Shown here piece after piece: positions 41,441-51,434 of a stretch of DNA of 64,000 nucleotides. A program made the position numbers and the translations under genes. Below the pieces are notes generated by a model. It saw only the letters and a program-made list of their open reading frames with translations. It had not been told where the DNA came from and did no database searches. How positions within the stretch are numbered: the stretch's first letter is position 1; each line of letters begins with the position of its first letter. This DNA comes from Planctomycetota bacterium (GTDB lineage Bacteria; Planctomycetota; UBA1135; UBA2386): assembly GCA_046290465.1 (NCBI GenBank), contig JBKAGP010000001.1, positions 5,696,001 through 5,760,000 on the forward strand, written 5' to 3'.

Positions 41441-44400
41441 TCAGCGCGCGCGGCTCGGCAGGTGGCGCGCCAGCGCCTCGGCCAGTGCGCGCGCGTCGAC
41501 CGGCTTGGCCAGCACCTGGAAGCCGAGGCGGGTGATGTCGGTGTGGGCCTTGCGGCCGTCCATGTAGCCGCTGACGAACAGGACCGGCAGCTCCGGGACC
41601 TGGGCGCGCAGCGCCTCGACCAGCGCCGCGCCCTGCAGGCCGGGCATCACCACGTCGCTGACCACCAGATCGACCCGCAGGCCGTTGGCCAGCGCCGCGA
41701 TCGCGCGGTCGCCGTCGTCGGCGGTCTCGACGGTGCAACCGAGCTGCAGCAGCTGTCGTCGCAGCACCTCGCGCACCGGTGCCTGGTCCTCGATCAGCAG
41801 CACGGTGCCGGTCACGGCGTCCGGAGGCGGCGCGACCACGGCGTCGACGGTGGGGGCCTCGGCGGCGCGCGGCAGCAGCACGCGCACGCAGGTGCCGCGG
41901 CCGACCTCCGACTCGATCTCGACGTCGCCGCCGAGCTGCCTGGCGATGCCGAACACGGTCGCGAGGCCGAGTCCGCGGCCGATGCCCTCGCTGTCCTTGG
42001 TGGTGTAGAACGGCTCGAACGCCTTCTGCCGCACCTCGTCGGGCATGCCGGCGCCGTCGTCGCGCACGGCGAGCGCGATCCGGTCGTGCTCGACGGCGAT
42101 CGAGATCGTGACCGTGCCGGCACCTTCGATCGCATCGCGTGCGTTGGCCGTCAGGTTGATCAGGATCTGCTCGATCTGGGTGACGGCGCCGCGCACCACG
42201 GCGCGTTCGTCGGCGACGTCGAGTCGCAGCGCGGTGTCCTCGCCGAGCAGCGGCCGCAGCACCGGTTCGAGTTCGGCCAACACGTCCTGCAGCACCAGCG
42301 GTTCGGGGCGCACGACCTGGCGGCTGGCGACCGCGAGCAGGTGTTGGGTCAGCGACCGGCCGCGCGTCGATGCGGCGACGATGTTGCGCACCAGCTCCAG
42401 CGCCGGTTCGGACTCGACTTCGTATTCGAGCAGCTCGCCCGAGCCGAGCGTGACGGTCAGCAGGTTGTTGAAGTCGTGCGCGACGCCACCTGCGAGCTTG
42501 CCGATCGCCTCGGACAGGCGCAGGTCGTTCAGTTCGCGCTCGAGCCGCTGTCGCTCCTCGCCCTCGCGTTCGCTCAGTTCGAGCAGCTCGCGCAGTTCCT
42601 TGGTGCGCTCGGCGACGCGCTCCTCGAGCCGGTCGCGCGACTCGACCAGCTCGCGGGTGCGGCCGTCGACCAGCGCCTGCAGGTCGGCGGCGCGGCGCCG
42701 TTCGTGCGACGAGAACCCGCGCACCAGCAGCCAGATCAGGCCAGCGGCCAGCAGGCCGGCCGTGACCCAGAATGGCGTCGTCTCCCACAGCCGTTGGGGC
42801 AGCGTGAACGACACCCGCAGCGGCGTCGAACTGCTGGTGCCGTCGACGTCGACCGCGACCGCCTCGACGCAGATCTCGCCGGACGGCAGGCCGTCGAGGC
42901 GCACCTCGGGGTCGTGACTCGGCGCGCTCCAATCCGGACGGATGCCGGGCGCCCGCCACCGGAAGCGCACCGCGCGGTGGTCGTCGAACGCGTTGACGCC
43001 GAGGCGCAGCGACAGGCTGCGCGCTCCGGCGTCGGGAGCCGCGTGCTCGGGATGCGGCCAGTCGGTTTCGCCGATGACCAGATGCTGCACGTACGGCTGC
43101 AGGTCGCGCGGCCGCGGCTGCAGCCACTCGGGGGCGAACTCGTACAGACCGTGCACCCCGCACACCCAGTAGTGGCCGTTGCCGTCGACGCTCAGGGTTC
43201 GCTGTTGGCCGCCGTTGCACTCCGCCACCAGGCTGCCTTCGGCGCGCAGCGTGCGGCACGCGAGGCTCGGCAGGCGGCCGGCGGCGACCTCGAGCAGGTC
43301 GCGCCGCGCGACCACGAAGCAGCCCCGGTTGGCGGCCACCAGCATCGCATCGCCGAACGGCGCGAGGCCGCACAGCGACTGGTCGGGCAGGCCGTGGCGT
43401 TCGTCGACGGCGCGGCAGGAGCCGTCGGCGATGCGCAGGATGCCGCCGCCGTACGACGCGACCCAGGCGTTGTCGCCCGCCTCGGGCACGATCGATCGCA
43501 CCTCGCCGACCGGCAGTTCGTCACCGCAGCTCCAGACGCGCAGCTGCCGGTGGTCGGGGGCGACCCGCACGAGCGACTTGGGGCCGCCGAGCCAGACGGC
43601 GCCGTCCGGCGCCGCGACCGCGCGGGTCAGCGCCCCGAGGCGCAGTCCGTCGATGATGCGCAGCACGCGGGCGCCGTCGTCGTCGATCTCGAGGATGGCG
43701 CGGAACCCGAACGCCCACAGCCGGCCGTCCGGCAACTCGACCATCGTGCGCAGCTGGCCGAACGCGGGCAGCTTGCGCTGCTGGTCGGGCGCCTGGACCA
43801 GTGGGAACGGCACCGGACCGCCGTCCTTCAGGATGCACAGCTCGCCGTTGCTCGCCAGCCAGACGCGACCGCGCGAGTCCTTGAGCAGCAGCGAGAGGCG
43901 TCGCGCCGGACTGACCTGCGCGAAGCCGTTCGGTGTGCGCCGCATCAGGCCGCTGCGCGACGTCACCAGCAGGGTGTCGTCGTGGTCGGTGACGACCGTC
44001 GTCAGCCGCTCCGACGGCAGGCCCTCGGCCAGCGCGTGCACGCGCACACAGGCGCGCCGCAGCCGCGCCAGCCCGAAGCGCTCGAACCCGACCCAGATGC
44101 CGCCCTCGGGATCCTCGCACAGGCACATGGCGAGGTCGTCGGGCAGCGAGAGGTAGGTCTGCGCGACGCAGCCTTCGCCGGCGATCGCGCGCTCGAGCAG
44201 CTCGGGGGCGACGTAGCCGACGCCGTTGGCGCCGGCGATCCACAGGCCGCCCTCGCGGTCGCACAGCAGGTCGCGCGGCAGTCCCGGCTCGAGGCCGAGC
44301 GGCAGCCAGCGCGTGGTCCCGTCGCGGTGGATGCCGACGCCGCGCCGCGCCAGCACCATCACGTCGTCGCCGCGACGGGCCATCGCGACGATGCCCGCGG

Positions 44401-45028
44401 TGCTGACGCGCTCGACGTCGTGCTCCCGGATCCGCAACAAGCCGGTCTCGGAGGCGGCGTAGACGGCGTCGCCGACGGGCAGGAAATCGAAGCAGCGCGC
44501 GCGCGTGTCGCCCAGGCGCTCGAGGGCGCCGTCACGTTCGCCGAACAGACCTTCCGAGCACGAGACCAGCGCGTGGCCGGCGGCGTCCGCGCCGATCTCG
44601 AACACGCCGCCGTAGTCGTTGCCGTCGGCGAGCGGGCGCCAGGCGCCGTCGACCAGTCGTGCGATGCCGTGGCCGGCGGTGCCGATCCACAGCGTGCCGT
44701 CGCGGTCCTCGTGCAGCGTGCGGATGCGGTTGCTCGGCATGCCCGGCGCGGTGACGGGGTCGAGCACGCGGATCCGTTCGCCGTCGAACTTGCACAGGCC
44801 GCCGAACGTCGCGATCCACAGCTGCCCGTCGGAGCCGATCATCAGTTCGGTGACGGTCGACTGTGGCAGGCCGTCGTCGATCTGCCACTGCTGCACGCGA
44901 AAGCCGGGGCGATCGGTTTGCTGGGCGGGGAGGCTGGGCAGGCAACACGCCATCGCCAGCAGCGCGGCGACGACGCGGCGCCGACCAACCGCACGCCGGG
45001 GCGCGCGCTCGGACGGGGCAGGAGACAT
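41441..45028 (-). CDS. Membrane hybrid histidine kinase with extracytoplasmic beta-propeller (Reg_prop) and YYY-like domains plus receiver
   Basis: GLPQSTV...DGQLWIAT repeats, TM, AHDFNNLL, NARDA, GLGLA, IEDQ...SDVVMP...KP. Confidence 0.92.
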   Translation of the reverse strand: MSPAPSERAPRRAVGRRRVVAALLAMACCLPSLPAQQTDRPGFRVQQWQIDDGLPQSTVTELMIGSDGQLWIATFGGLCKFDGERIRVLDPVTAPGMPSNRIRTLHEDRDGTLWIGTAGHGIARLVDGAWRPLADGNDYGGVFEIGADAAGHALVSCSEGLFGERDGALERLGDTRARCFDFLPVGDAVYAASETGLLRIREHDVERVSTAGIVAMARRGDDVMVLARRGVGIHRDGTTRWLPLGLEPGLPRDLLCDREGGLWIAGANGVGYVAPELLERAIAGEGCVAQTYLSLPDDLAMCLCEDPEGGIWVGFERFGLARLRRACVRVHALAEGLPSERLTTVVTDHDDTLLVTSRSGLMRRTPNGFAQVSPARRLSLLLKDSRGRVWLASNGELCILKDGGPVPFPLVQAPDQQRKLPAFGQLRTMVELPDGRLWAFGFRAILEIDDDGARVLRIIDGLRLGALTRAVAAPDGAVWLGGPKSLVRVAPDHRQLRVWSCGDELPVGEVRSIVPEAGDNAWVASYGGGILRIADGSCRAVDERHGLPDQSLCGLAPFGDAMLVAANRGCFVVARRDLLEVAAGRLPSLACRTLRAEGSLVAECNGGQQRTLSVDGNGHYWVCGVHGLYEFAPEWLQPRPRDLQPYVQHLVIGETDWPHPEHAAPDAGARSLSLRLGVNAFDDHRAVRFRWRAPGIRPDWSAPSHDPEVRLDGLPSGEICVEAVAVDVDGTSSSTPLRVSFTLPQRLWETTPFWVTAGLLAAGLIWLLVRGFSSHERRRAADLQALVDGRTRELVESRDRLEERVAERTKELRELLELSEREGEERQRLERELNDLRLSEAIGKLAGGVAHDFNNLLTVTLGSGELLEYEVESEPALELVRNIVAASTRGRSLTQHLLAVASRQVVRPEPLVLQDVLAELEPVLRPLLGEDTALRLDVADERAVVRGAVTQIEQILINLTANARDAIEGAGTVTISIAVEHDRIALAVRDDGAGMPDEVRQKAFEPFYTTKDSEGIGRGLGLATVFGIARQLGGDVEIESEVGRGTCVRVLLPRAAEAPTVDAVVAPPPDAVTGTVLLIEDQAPVREVLRRQLLQLGCTVETADDGDRAIAALANGLRVDLVVSDVVMPGLQGAALVEALRAQVPELPVLFVSGYMDGRKAHTDITRLGFQVLAKPVDARALAEALARHLPSRAR

Positions 45029-45092
45029 GGGCGCGCGCATGATAGCGCGGTTCGCGATCCGGCGCCGTCGGTTGCAGTCGTGCGACTACGAA

Positions 45093-45614
45093 CTAGATCG
45101 CATCGGGGGCGGCCGCGTCGCGGCGCGGCAGCAGCCACTCGAGCCAGACCACGAACAGCACCAGCACCAGCACGACCATCAGCGGCTGCCAGACGTAGAC
45201 GTGCACCAGGTCGAACGCGTCGGGTGCGTGGCGCTGCACGAACCAGAGCGTGACCAGGCGTAGCTGGTTCAGCAGGAGTACGGCAGGCAGCATCAGCAGC
45301 ACGCCGAACAGCTTGGCACGCAGGCCGGTCGGGAACGCCAGCATGCCGCTGACCAGCAGCACCGCGGGGAACACGGCGGTGCACTCGCCGACGATCTCGA
45401 AGCGCGTCGCCGGCCCGCGGATCAGCGCGCCGTGCACGGTCACGTCCTGGCCGATCGCGGCGAGCAGCCAGCCGCCGACCTGCGCGGTCGGTTCCAGCAC
45501 GGCGTCGTCGAGCAGGCTGACGAGGTAGTAGAGCGTGACGATCAGCACGACGAACACGACGCCGGCTTGCACGAGCCCGTAGCGCGGGCAGCGGGTGGGG
45601 GTGGGTTCGGTCAT
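45093..45614 (-). CDS. xrtH: Exosortase/archaeosortase family protein, short XrtH-like form
   Basis: Putative catalytic Cys (IVGECTA), Arg (LNQLRL) and His (VHVYVWQ); multiple TMs. Confidence 0.82.
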   Translation of the reverse strand: MTEPTPTRCPRYGLVQAGVVFVVLIVTLYYLVSLLDDAVLEPTAQVGGWLLAAIGQDVTVHGALIRGPATRFEIVGECTAVFPAVLLVSGMLAFPTGLRAKLFGVLLMLPAVLLLNQLRLVTLWFVQRHAPDAFDLVHVYVWQPLMVVLVLVLFVVWLEWLLPRRDAAAPDAI

Positions 45615-45618
45615 CGTC

Positions 45619-46341
45619 TCAGGCGGCGCCGCAGCACTTCTTGAACTTGCGGCCGGAGCCGCACGGGCAGGGCGCGTTGCGCGGTGCAGTGGCCGCGTGG
45701 CGGGGCGTAGCCGCGTTGCTTGCGTTCGCGGTCGGGGCGGCTGCACGAATCGGCGCGGCCGGCCGCGCACCGGCCTCGCGGCGTGCGCGCAGCAGCGGGC
45801 GCACCGCGAACCCGTACCAGATTGGCAGCGGCAGCAGCAGGCCGGCGTAGTTGCAGGTGGTCTGCACGAACGCGACCAGCGTTGAGTCCCGGCCGATCAG
45901 GGTCTGGTAGGCGGCATAGCTGGCGAGCGTGACCTGCACGATCTGCGCGACCAGCAGCACCACGGCGGCGAGCAGCAGCGCGCCGAGGCGGCGCGGCAGC
46001 CGCAGCGGCGTCGCCAGCACCAGCGCCGGCAGGAACACCGAGCCGACCAGCAGCACGTCGAGCGCCTCGCGCGTGATCGACACGCTGTGCGCGCGCTGCA
46101 CGCCGCCGAGGATCGGTTCGGTCTTGCCGGCCGGCACCAGCACCAGGCCGAGCTGCTGGTCGATGCGGTAGAAGATCTCGCAGACGAACTCGAGGATCGT
46201 CGCGTGGTGCGCCTCGCGCAGCAGCAGCCAGTAGGCGACGGCCGTCGGCACGAGCACCAGCACGAACACCGCGAGCGCGCGCAGGATCGCGCGCAGGCTC
46301 CGGTGCGGTGCGTTCGCGGGCGCTTGGTCGGCCGTGGTCAC
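45619..46341 (-). CDS. Exosortase-associated membrane protein with C-terminal SEC-C motif
   Basis: About 4 TMs (ALVLATP...); terminal RNAPCPCGSGRKFKKCCG. Confidence 0.8.
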   Translation of the reverse strand: MTTADQAPANAPHRSLRAILRALAVFVLVLVPTAVAYWLLLREAHHATILEFVCEIFYRIDQQLGLVLVPAGKTEPILGGVQRAHSVSITREALDVLLVGSVFLPALVLATPLRLPRRLGALLLAAVVLLVAQIVQVTLASYAAYQTLIGRDSTLVAFVQTTCNYAGLLLPLPIWYGFAVRPLLRARREAGARPAAPIRAAAPTANASNAATPRHAATAPRNAPCPCGSGRKFKKCCGAA

Positions 46342-46414
46342 GGAGCAACAGGCTCGCGAACGGATCGGTTCGAGTCAAACGCGACCGCCGGTGCGGCCGC
46401 GTCGACGAACCCGA

Positions 46415-47200
46415 TCAGGCCAGGCGGCGGCGGGCGACGAACGCGCCGATGCCGGCCAGCAGCAGGCCGAGGATGCCGGCGGTCAGCGGGCCCGAGGCCG
46501 GCACCGACTGGGTCGGCTGGGTCGAACCGGCGACGTCGTCGAACGACTTGCCGACGACGACGTCGTCGATGTCGATGAAGCCGGTGTGGTCGTTGGACTG
46601 GCGCAGCGCGAACTGCTCCAGGATGTCCGCCGTGGCGCCGCCGGTGTGCGAGATCGAGGTGCTGGCGGCGCTGCTCGGGTCGACCCAGAGCTTGGACTCG
46701 CCGGTGGCGGCGTCCCAGCTGATGACGATCTTGTAGTTGGTGTCGAACGACAGGTCGTTCGCCCAGATGGCGCCGCCGCCGATCGACGAGCTGTCGGCGT
46801 TGATGCCGAGGCCGAAGTCGCCGGTGGCGGCCGGCGTCAGCAGGCCGGTGCGGGCGCGGAACGCAAACGCGGCGTCCTTGAAGTGCGCGAAGTAGCTGCC
46901 GTTGTTGTCCGGGTTGACGGGGTTGCCCGACGGCACGTTGAGCGTGAACGACGCGTAGGTGACGTCGGTGGCCGTCTGCGCGGCGAACGGCAGGTTGACG
47001 TCTTCGCCCGAGCCGCTGCTGAAGTCGAGCGTGGCGACCGAGCCGTTGGCGTTGACGACCTTGTTGCCGGCGCCGCTGTGGGCGGCCCAGCCGTTGGCCG
47101 TCAGGGCACCGGTGTAGCCGAAGTCGTCGCTGGTCAGGACCTGGGCCGAGGCGGCCGAGGCGAACGCGAGGGCGCAAGCGAAGGTGAGGGAGGTCTTCAT
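46415..47200 (-). CDS. Secreted protein with IPTL/PEP-CTERM-like C-terminal sorting signal
   Basis: Signal peptide ASA-Q; tail SVPASGPLTAGILGLLLAGIGAFVARRRLA (motif + TM + basic cluster). Confidence 0.85.
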   Translation of the reverse strand: MKTSLTFACALAFASAASAQVLTSDDFGYTGALTANGWAAHSGAGNKVVNANGSVATLDFSSGSGEDVNLPFAAQTATDVTYASFTLNVPSGNPVNPDNNGSYFAHFKDAAFAFRARTGLLTPAATGDFGLGINADSSSIGGGAIWANDLSFDTNYKIVISWDAATGESKLWVDPSSAASTSISHTGGATADILEQFALRQSNDHTGFIDIDDVVVGKSFDDVAGSTQPTQSVPASGPLTAGILGLLLAGIGAFVARRRLA

Positions 47201-47380
47201 GGGATGTCGTAGATTCTGGGGGTGGTGTATCGGGTCAGTCTGCTGCAGCAGGAGGGCGGAGTGTGGGGTCTCGGCGGCCGAGCCGTCCATACGTGACCGA
47301 GCTCTTGCCCTGGTCTTGTCGGTTCGCTCACGGATTGCGGGGGTTGGTTTCATCCGGTTGCCCGAACTAGGTTTGCAACC

Positions 47381-47662
47381 ATGGTCAAAGCAACCTGCAA
47401 CGGCGTGGTCGTCGCCGAGAGCGACGCCACCGTGGTCGTCGAGGGCAACCACTACTTCCCGGTCGAGGCGGTGCGGGCGGACTGCCTGCAGCCGAGCGAC
47501 ACGACGTCGTTCTGTCCGTGGAAGGGCACCGCCAGCTACCACCACGTCGTCGTCGACGGGGTCGTCAGCAAGGACGCGGCCTGGTACTACCCCGAGCCCA
47601 AGGAGGCGGCGGCCGAGATCCGCGGCCGCATCGCGTTCTGGAAGGACGTGGTCGTCGGCTAG
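47381..47662 (+). CDS. DUF427 family protein
   Basis: VVAESD...EGNHYFP...CPWKGTASY...AAWYYPEP...IAFWK. Confidence 0.92.
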   Translation: MVKATCNGVVVAESDATVVVEGNHYFPVEAVRADCLQPSDTTSFCPWKGTASYHHVVVDGVVSKDAAWYYPEPKEAAAEIRGRIAFWKDVVVG

Positions 47663-47733
47663 ATGTCGGTCCTGAATCGGGGTTGGCCGGCGGCGGATCC
47701 GGTTCACTGGGCGGTATGGTCGATGGCCTTCGC

Positions 47734-49095
47734 ATGTCTGAGTCCAAGCCCCACGTGGTCGTCGTCGGCGGTGGCTTTGCCGGCCTGATGGCGGTGCGCG
47801 CGCTGCGCCGCGAGCCGGTGCGCGTCACGCTCGTCGACCGGCGCAACCACCACCTGTTCCAGCCGCTGCTCTACCAGGTCGCGACCGCCGCGCTCAATCC
47901 GGGCGACATCGCCTATCCGATCCGTTCGGTGCTGCGCACGCAGCCGAACGCGCGCACGCTGCTCGGCACGGTGCGCGATATCGACACGGCCGGCAGCCAG
48001 CTGCTGCTGCGCGACGAGGTGCTCGACTACGACTACCTGCTGCTCGCGACCGGCGCGACCCACAGCTACTTCGGCAAGGACCAGTGGGAGGCGTGGGCGC
48101 CGGGACTCAAGACGATCGAGGACGCGCTGGAGATCCGGCGGCGGGTGCTGTCGGCGTTCGAGGCGGCCGAGCGCATCGGCCACGGCGACCCCGAACGGCT
48201 GCGCGCGACGCTGACCTTCGTGGTGGTCGGCGCCGGGCCGACCGGCGTCGAGCTCGCCGGCGCGCTGGCCGAGATCGGCCGGCTGACGGTGGCCAAGGAC
48301 TTCCGCACGTTCGACCCGACCAGCTTGCGGGTGGTGCTGGTCGAGGCGGCCGACCGCGTGCTGCCGCCCTACGTCGAGGTGCTGTCGCACAAGGCCAGGG
48401 CCCAGCTCGAGCAGCTCGGCGTCGAGGTGCGGCTCAACGCGCGCGTCACCAACATCGACGAGCATGGCGTCGAACTCGGCGACGAGCGCATCGCCGCGCG
48501 CACGGTGCTGTGGGGGGCGGGCGTCGCGGCGTCGCCGCTCGGCAAGGCGCTCGGCGCCGAGGTCGACCGCGCCGGCCGGGTGCTGGTCGGCGACGACCTG
48601 CGCGTGCCCGGCACCGACAACGTGTTCGTCGCCGGCGACCTGATGCACTTCGAACAGGACGGCAAGATGGTGCCCGGCGTCGCGCCGGCCGCGATCCAGG
48701 CCGGCCGCGCCGCAGCGCGCAACATCGCGGCGCTGGTGCGCGGCGACCAGACCCGGCCGTTCGTCTACCGCGACAAGGGTTCGCTGGCGACCATCGGTCG
48801 CGCCAAGGCGGTCGGCCAGATCGGCCGCATGGAGTTCTCCGGCTGGTTTGCCTGGTGGGTCTGGTGGGTCGTGCACATCGCCTACCTGGTCGGCTTCCGC
48901 AACCGCATCGCCGTGATGATGGGTTGGGCCTGGCAGTACTTCGCGTTCTCGCGCGGCGCCCGGCTGATCACCGGCCGCTGGTGGACCGGCGCGCAGGACG
49001 AGCAGGCATCGGCCGACGGTGCCGACCGCGGCCCGAACGGCGAACGGCCGGCCGGCGAGCACGAGCTGGTCTCGTCCGGCGAACGGCCGCGATGA
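47734..49095 (+). CDS. ndh: Type II NADH:quinone oxidoreductase (NDH-2); alternative start at 47716
   Basis: VVGGGFAG, HLFQPLLYQVAT, VGAGPTGVELAG, GVAPAAIQ and DKGSLATIGR. Confidence 0.93.
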   Translation: MSESKPHVVVVGGGFAGLMAVRALRREPVRVTLVDRRNHHLFQPLLYQVATAALNPGDIAYPIRSVLRTQPNARTLLGTVRDIDTAGSQLLLRDEVLDYDYLLLATGATHSYFGKDQWEAWAPGLKTIEDALEIRRRVLSAFEAAERIGHGDPERLRATLTFVVVGAGPTGVELAGALAEIGRLTVAKDFRTFDPTSLRVVLVEAADRVLPPYVEVLSHKARAQLEQLGVEVRLNARVTNIDEHGVELGDERIAARTVLWGAGVAASPLGKALGAEVDRAGRVLVGDDLRVPGTDNVFVAGDLMHFEQDGKMVPGVAPAAIQAGRAAARNIAALVRGDQTRPFVYRDKGSLATIGRAKAVGQIGRMEFSGWFAWWVWWVVHIAYLVGFRNRIAVMMGWAWQYFAFSRGARLITGRWWTGAQDEQASADGADRGPNGERPAGEHELVSSGERPR

Positions 49096-49673
49096 AGGCC
49101 TGGCTGCCGCTGCTGTGCGTGTCGGCCGGCTGTTCGTCGATGGTGACGGCGCCGCTCGAGGTGGTCGATCCGGTCGAGGTGTTCGTGCTCGAGGAGGCAA
49201 TGCACACCGGCCTGGTGCTGCCGCCGGATCCGTCGGCGTCGGGCAGCCCCGAGCAGTACGTCGAGTTCGGCTACGGCGACTGGAGCTGGTATGCGCGCGG
49301 CAACGACGCCTGGTACGACGTGTTCGCGACGGTGCTGTGGCCGACCCGCGGCACGCTCGGCAGGCGCACCTTCGGCGCGCGCACGCCGACCGAGCTGCGG
49401 CGCCGTGCCCACTGGGCCAGGCTGTCGTCGATCGTCGTCGAGCGCGAGCAAGCCGCGGCGCTGCGCGTGGCGCTGCAGCGGCGGTTCGATGCCCGCCGCA
49501 AGCAGGTCGTGGTCGACCGGCGGCTCGGGTTCAAGTTCGTGCCGACCGACGGCGCCTACTGGCTGCCGCACAACTGCGCCGACGTGGTGGCGGACTGGCT
49601 CGAACGGCTCGGCTGCGAGGTCGGCTGGGCGCCGTTGCGCGTCGGCGTCTACGTGCCCGAACCATCGGGGTAG
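49092..49673 (+). CDS. DUF2459-like lipoprotein
   Basis: ATGA overlap; SAGC lipobox; HTGLVLP, EFGYGDW, Y...NC...W. Confidence 0.75.
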   Translation: MKAWLPLLCVSAGCSSMVTAPLEVVDPVEVFVLEEAMHTGLVLPPDPSASGSPEQYVEFGYGDWSWYARGNDAWYDVFATVLWPTRGTLGRRTFGARTPTELRRRAHWARLSSIVVEREQAAALRVALQRRFDARRKQVVVDRRLGFKFVPTDGAYWLPHNCADVVADWLERLGCEVGWAPLRVGVYVPEPSG

Positions 49674-50782
49674 CGACGCTCGACCTCGTCGACGATGCGC
49701 TCGTGCATGCGATGCATGTCGACCGTCTCGGTGTAGCGCAGCGCAGCGCGGCGCAGCTGGTCGCGGTCGCTCGCCATCAGCATCGCCAGCGGTTCGGCGA
49801 GCGGCGCACGCTCGCTCCCGATCGCTGCGTCCATGACGACCCTGCCGGCCCCGGACGCCTCGACGTGCGTCGCGTAGCCGCAGCCGTCGGTGCACAGCAC
49901 CGGCAGGCCGGCGACCAGCGCCTCTGCGATCGCGGTGCCGGTGTTGTCGCGTCGGGCCGGGTGCACCAGCAGGTCCGCCGCCTGCAGCAGGTCCGGCACG
50001 TCGTCGCGACCCGGCAGCAGCGTGCAGCGCTGCTGCAGCCCACGGCGTGCGATCGCCCGGGTCCACCGCCTTGACGGTCCCTCGCCGACGGCCAGCAGGT
50101 GCACCTCGTCCCGCGCGCCGGCGGGCAGCGCCCGCATCGCGTCGAGCACGCGCATCAGCCCCTTCAGCCGGTAGTTCGACGCCAGCATCAGCAGCACGCA
50201 GGTGTCGTCGGCGAACCCGAACGTGCCGCGGCAGCGAGCGCGCCGTTCGGCCGCGTCGGGCCCGGCCCGGCGGTCGCGCGCGACCCCGGGCGGCAGCAGC
50301 GTGAACCGATGGTCCGGCGTGCCGTAGGCCTGCTGGTAGGGACGGCGTTCGCGTTCGCTGAGCAGCAGCACGTGGGCGCCGCCGTCGCCGAAGACGCCCT
50401 GCTCGAGCGCGCGGAACGTGCGGTGGCGCGGCGTCAGCCGGTACGGCCACGGTCGCTGCGCCGTTCGGTCGACGAAGCAGACGTCGGCGGCGAAGTAGAG
50501 GTCGAGTCCCGGCATCTTGTCGAACCCGATGACGACGTCGACGCGCTGCCGGGCGCGGCGCGCGGCGAACGCGGTGGCAAACCTGCGCGCGCGGCCGTGG
50601 TTGCTGGTGCCGCCGACGTCGAGGACCTCGATGTCGAGGCCCTCCGGGCGTTCGCCGGCCAGCGCGTGGCAGAACACCTGCACCGTGTGGCCGCGCCGCT
50701 GCAGCGCGCGCGCCGTCGCCACCAGGTCGCGCTGCATGCCGCCGTGCGGGAAGTAGCGGAACAGCGTGAGGGCGACGTTCAT
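49649..50782 (-). CDS. waaG: GT4 glycosyltransferase, LPS core glucosyltransferase WaaG/RfaG-like
   Basis: FRYFPHGGMQRD, GFDKMPGLDLYFAAD, ADLLVHPA..NTG..EALVAGLPV...CGYA. Confidence 0.88.
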   Translation of the reverse strand: MNVALTLFRYFPHGGMQRDLVATARALQRRGHTVQVFCHALAGERPEGLDIEVLDVGGTSNHGRARRFATAFAARRARQRVDVVIGFDKMPGLDLYFAADVCFVDRTAQRPWPYRLTPRHRTFRALEQGVFGDGGAHVLLLSERERRPYQQAYGTPDHRFTLLPPGVARDRRAGPDAAERRARCRGTFGFADDTCVLLMLASNYRLKGLMRVLDAMRALPAGARDEVHLLAVGEGPSRRWTRAIARRGLQQRCTLLPGRDDVPDLLQAADLLVHPARRDNTGTAIAEALVAGLPVLCTDGCGYATHVEASGAGRVVMDAAIGSERAPLAEPLAMLMASDRDQLRRAALRYTETVDMHRMHERIVDEVERRYPDGSGT

Positions 50783-50829
50783 GGGGCTCGGGACTGCGAG
50801 CATAGCGTCGTCGTGGCTATCGTTCGCGC

Positions 50830-51405
50830 ATGCACGCACGCACGCTGTCGACGGCTCTCGCCCTGCTGCTGATGTCCTGCGGAGCCGACGAGCCGGTCGC
50901 GCCGGGATCCGGACAGCCCCAGGACCCGGCCGCGCCGTCGCTGGACCGGCTCGCGCCCAGCTCGCTGCTCGGCGACGGCTGGCATCCCGGCACGATGCTG
51001 GTCGTCACCGATTGGCAGCAGCTCGACGCACTCGACGCGACCCAGCGCGCCACCGCCGAGATGCTGCGCGGCCCGATGCAGAAGCAGGGGGTCACCGGGA
51101 TCGCCGAGCTGAGCTGGTCGCGCAAGCAGATGCCGATCGACATGCTGAGCGTGCGCGTGCTGCGCTTCGCCGACGCCGCGAAGCTGCGCAGCTGGCGACA
51201 GCTCAAGTACGGCGGCCTGCGCGACGCCGAGCTGAAGCCGGTCGAGGGCGCGCCGTTCGAGACCTACGACGTGCTCGCCGACGGCAAGCACAAGCGCATC
51301 GTGTTCTTCGACGAAGTGTTCGTGTCGAGCCACCACGTGCAGAAGGGCGACGACCACGTCGCGGCGCTCGACGCGGTGTGCGCGCAGTTGCTGGCAGGTC
51401 GGTAG
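50830..51405 (+). CDS. Hypothetical lipoprotein
   Basis: LLLMSC lipobox; TATCGT box 6 nt upstream of the ATG. Confidence 0.75.
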   Translation: MHARTLSTALALLLMSCGADEPVAPGSGQPQDPAAPSLDRLAPSSLLGDGWHPGTMLVVTDWQQLDALDATQRATAEMLRGPMQKQGVTGIAELSWSRKQMPIDMLSVRVLRFADAAKLRSWRQLKYGGLRDAELKPVEGAPFETYDVLADGKHKRIVFFDEVFVSSHHVQKGDDHVAALDAVCAQLLAGR

Positions 51406-51434
51406 GGTCGGCCTCGCGGCCGGCGACGGCGGCG

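Noticed and set aside
39498..45028. Two convergent hybrid kinases as one novel phosphorelay
   Set aside because: Both are common architectures, convergently transcribed, with no HPt or response regulator nearby; there is no evidence of a link.
40175..45253. Very long alternative ORFs (e.g. 40175..45253 +, 20147..24175 +, 12555..16328 -, 39354..43373 -)
   Set aside because: These are shadow ORFs caused by high GC and codon bias; they overlap genes with clear family motifs and have no motifs of their own.
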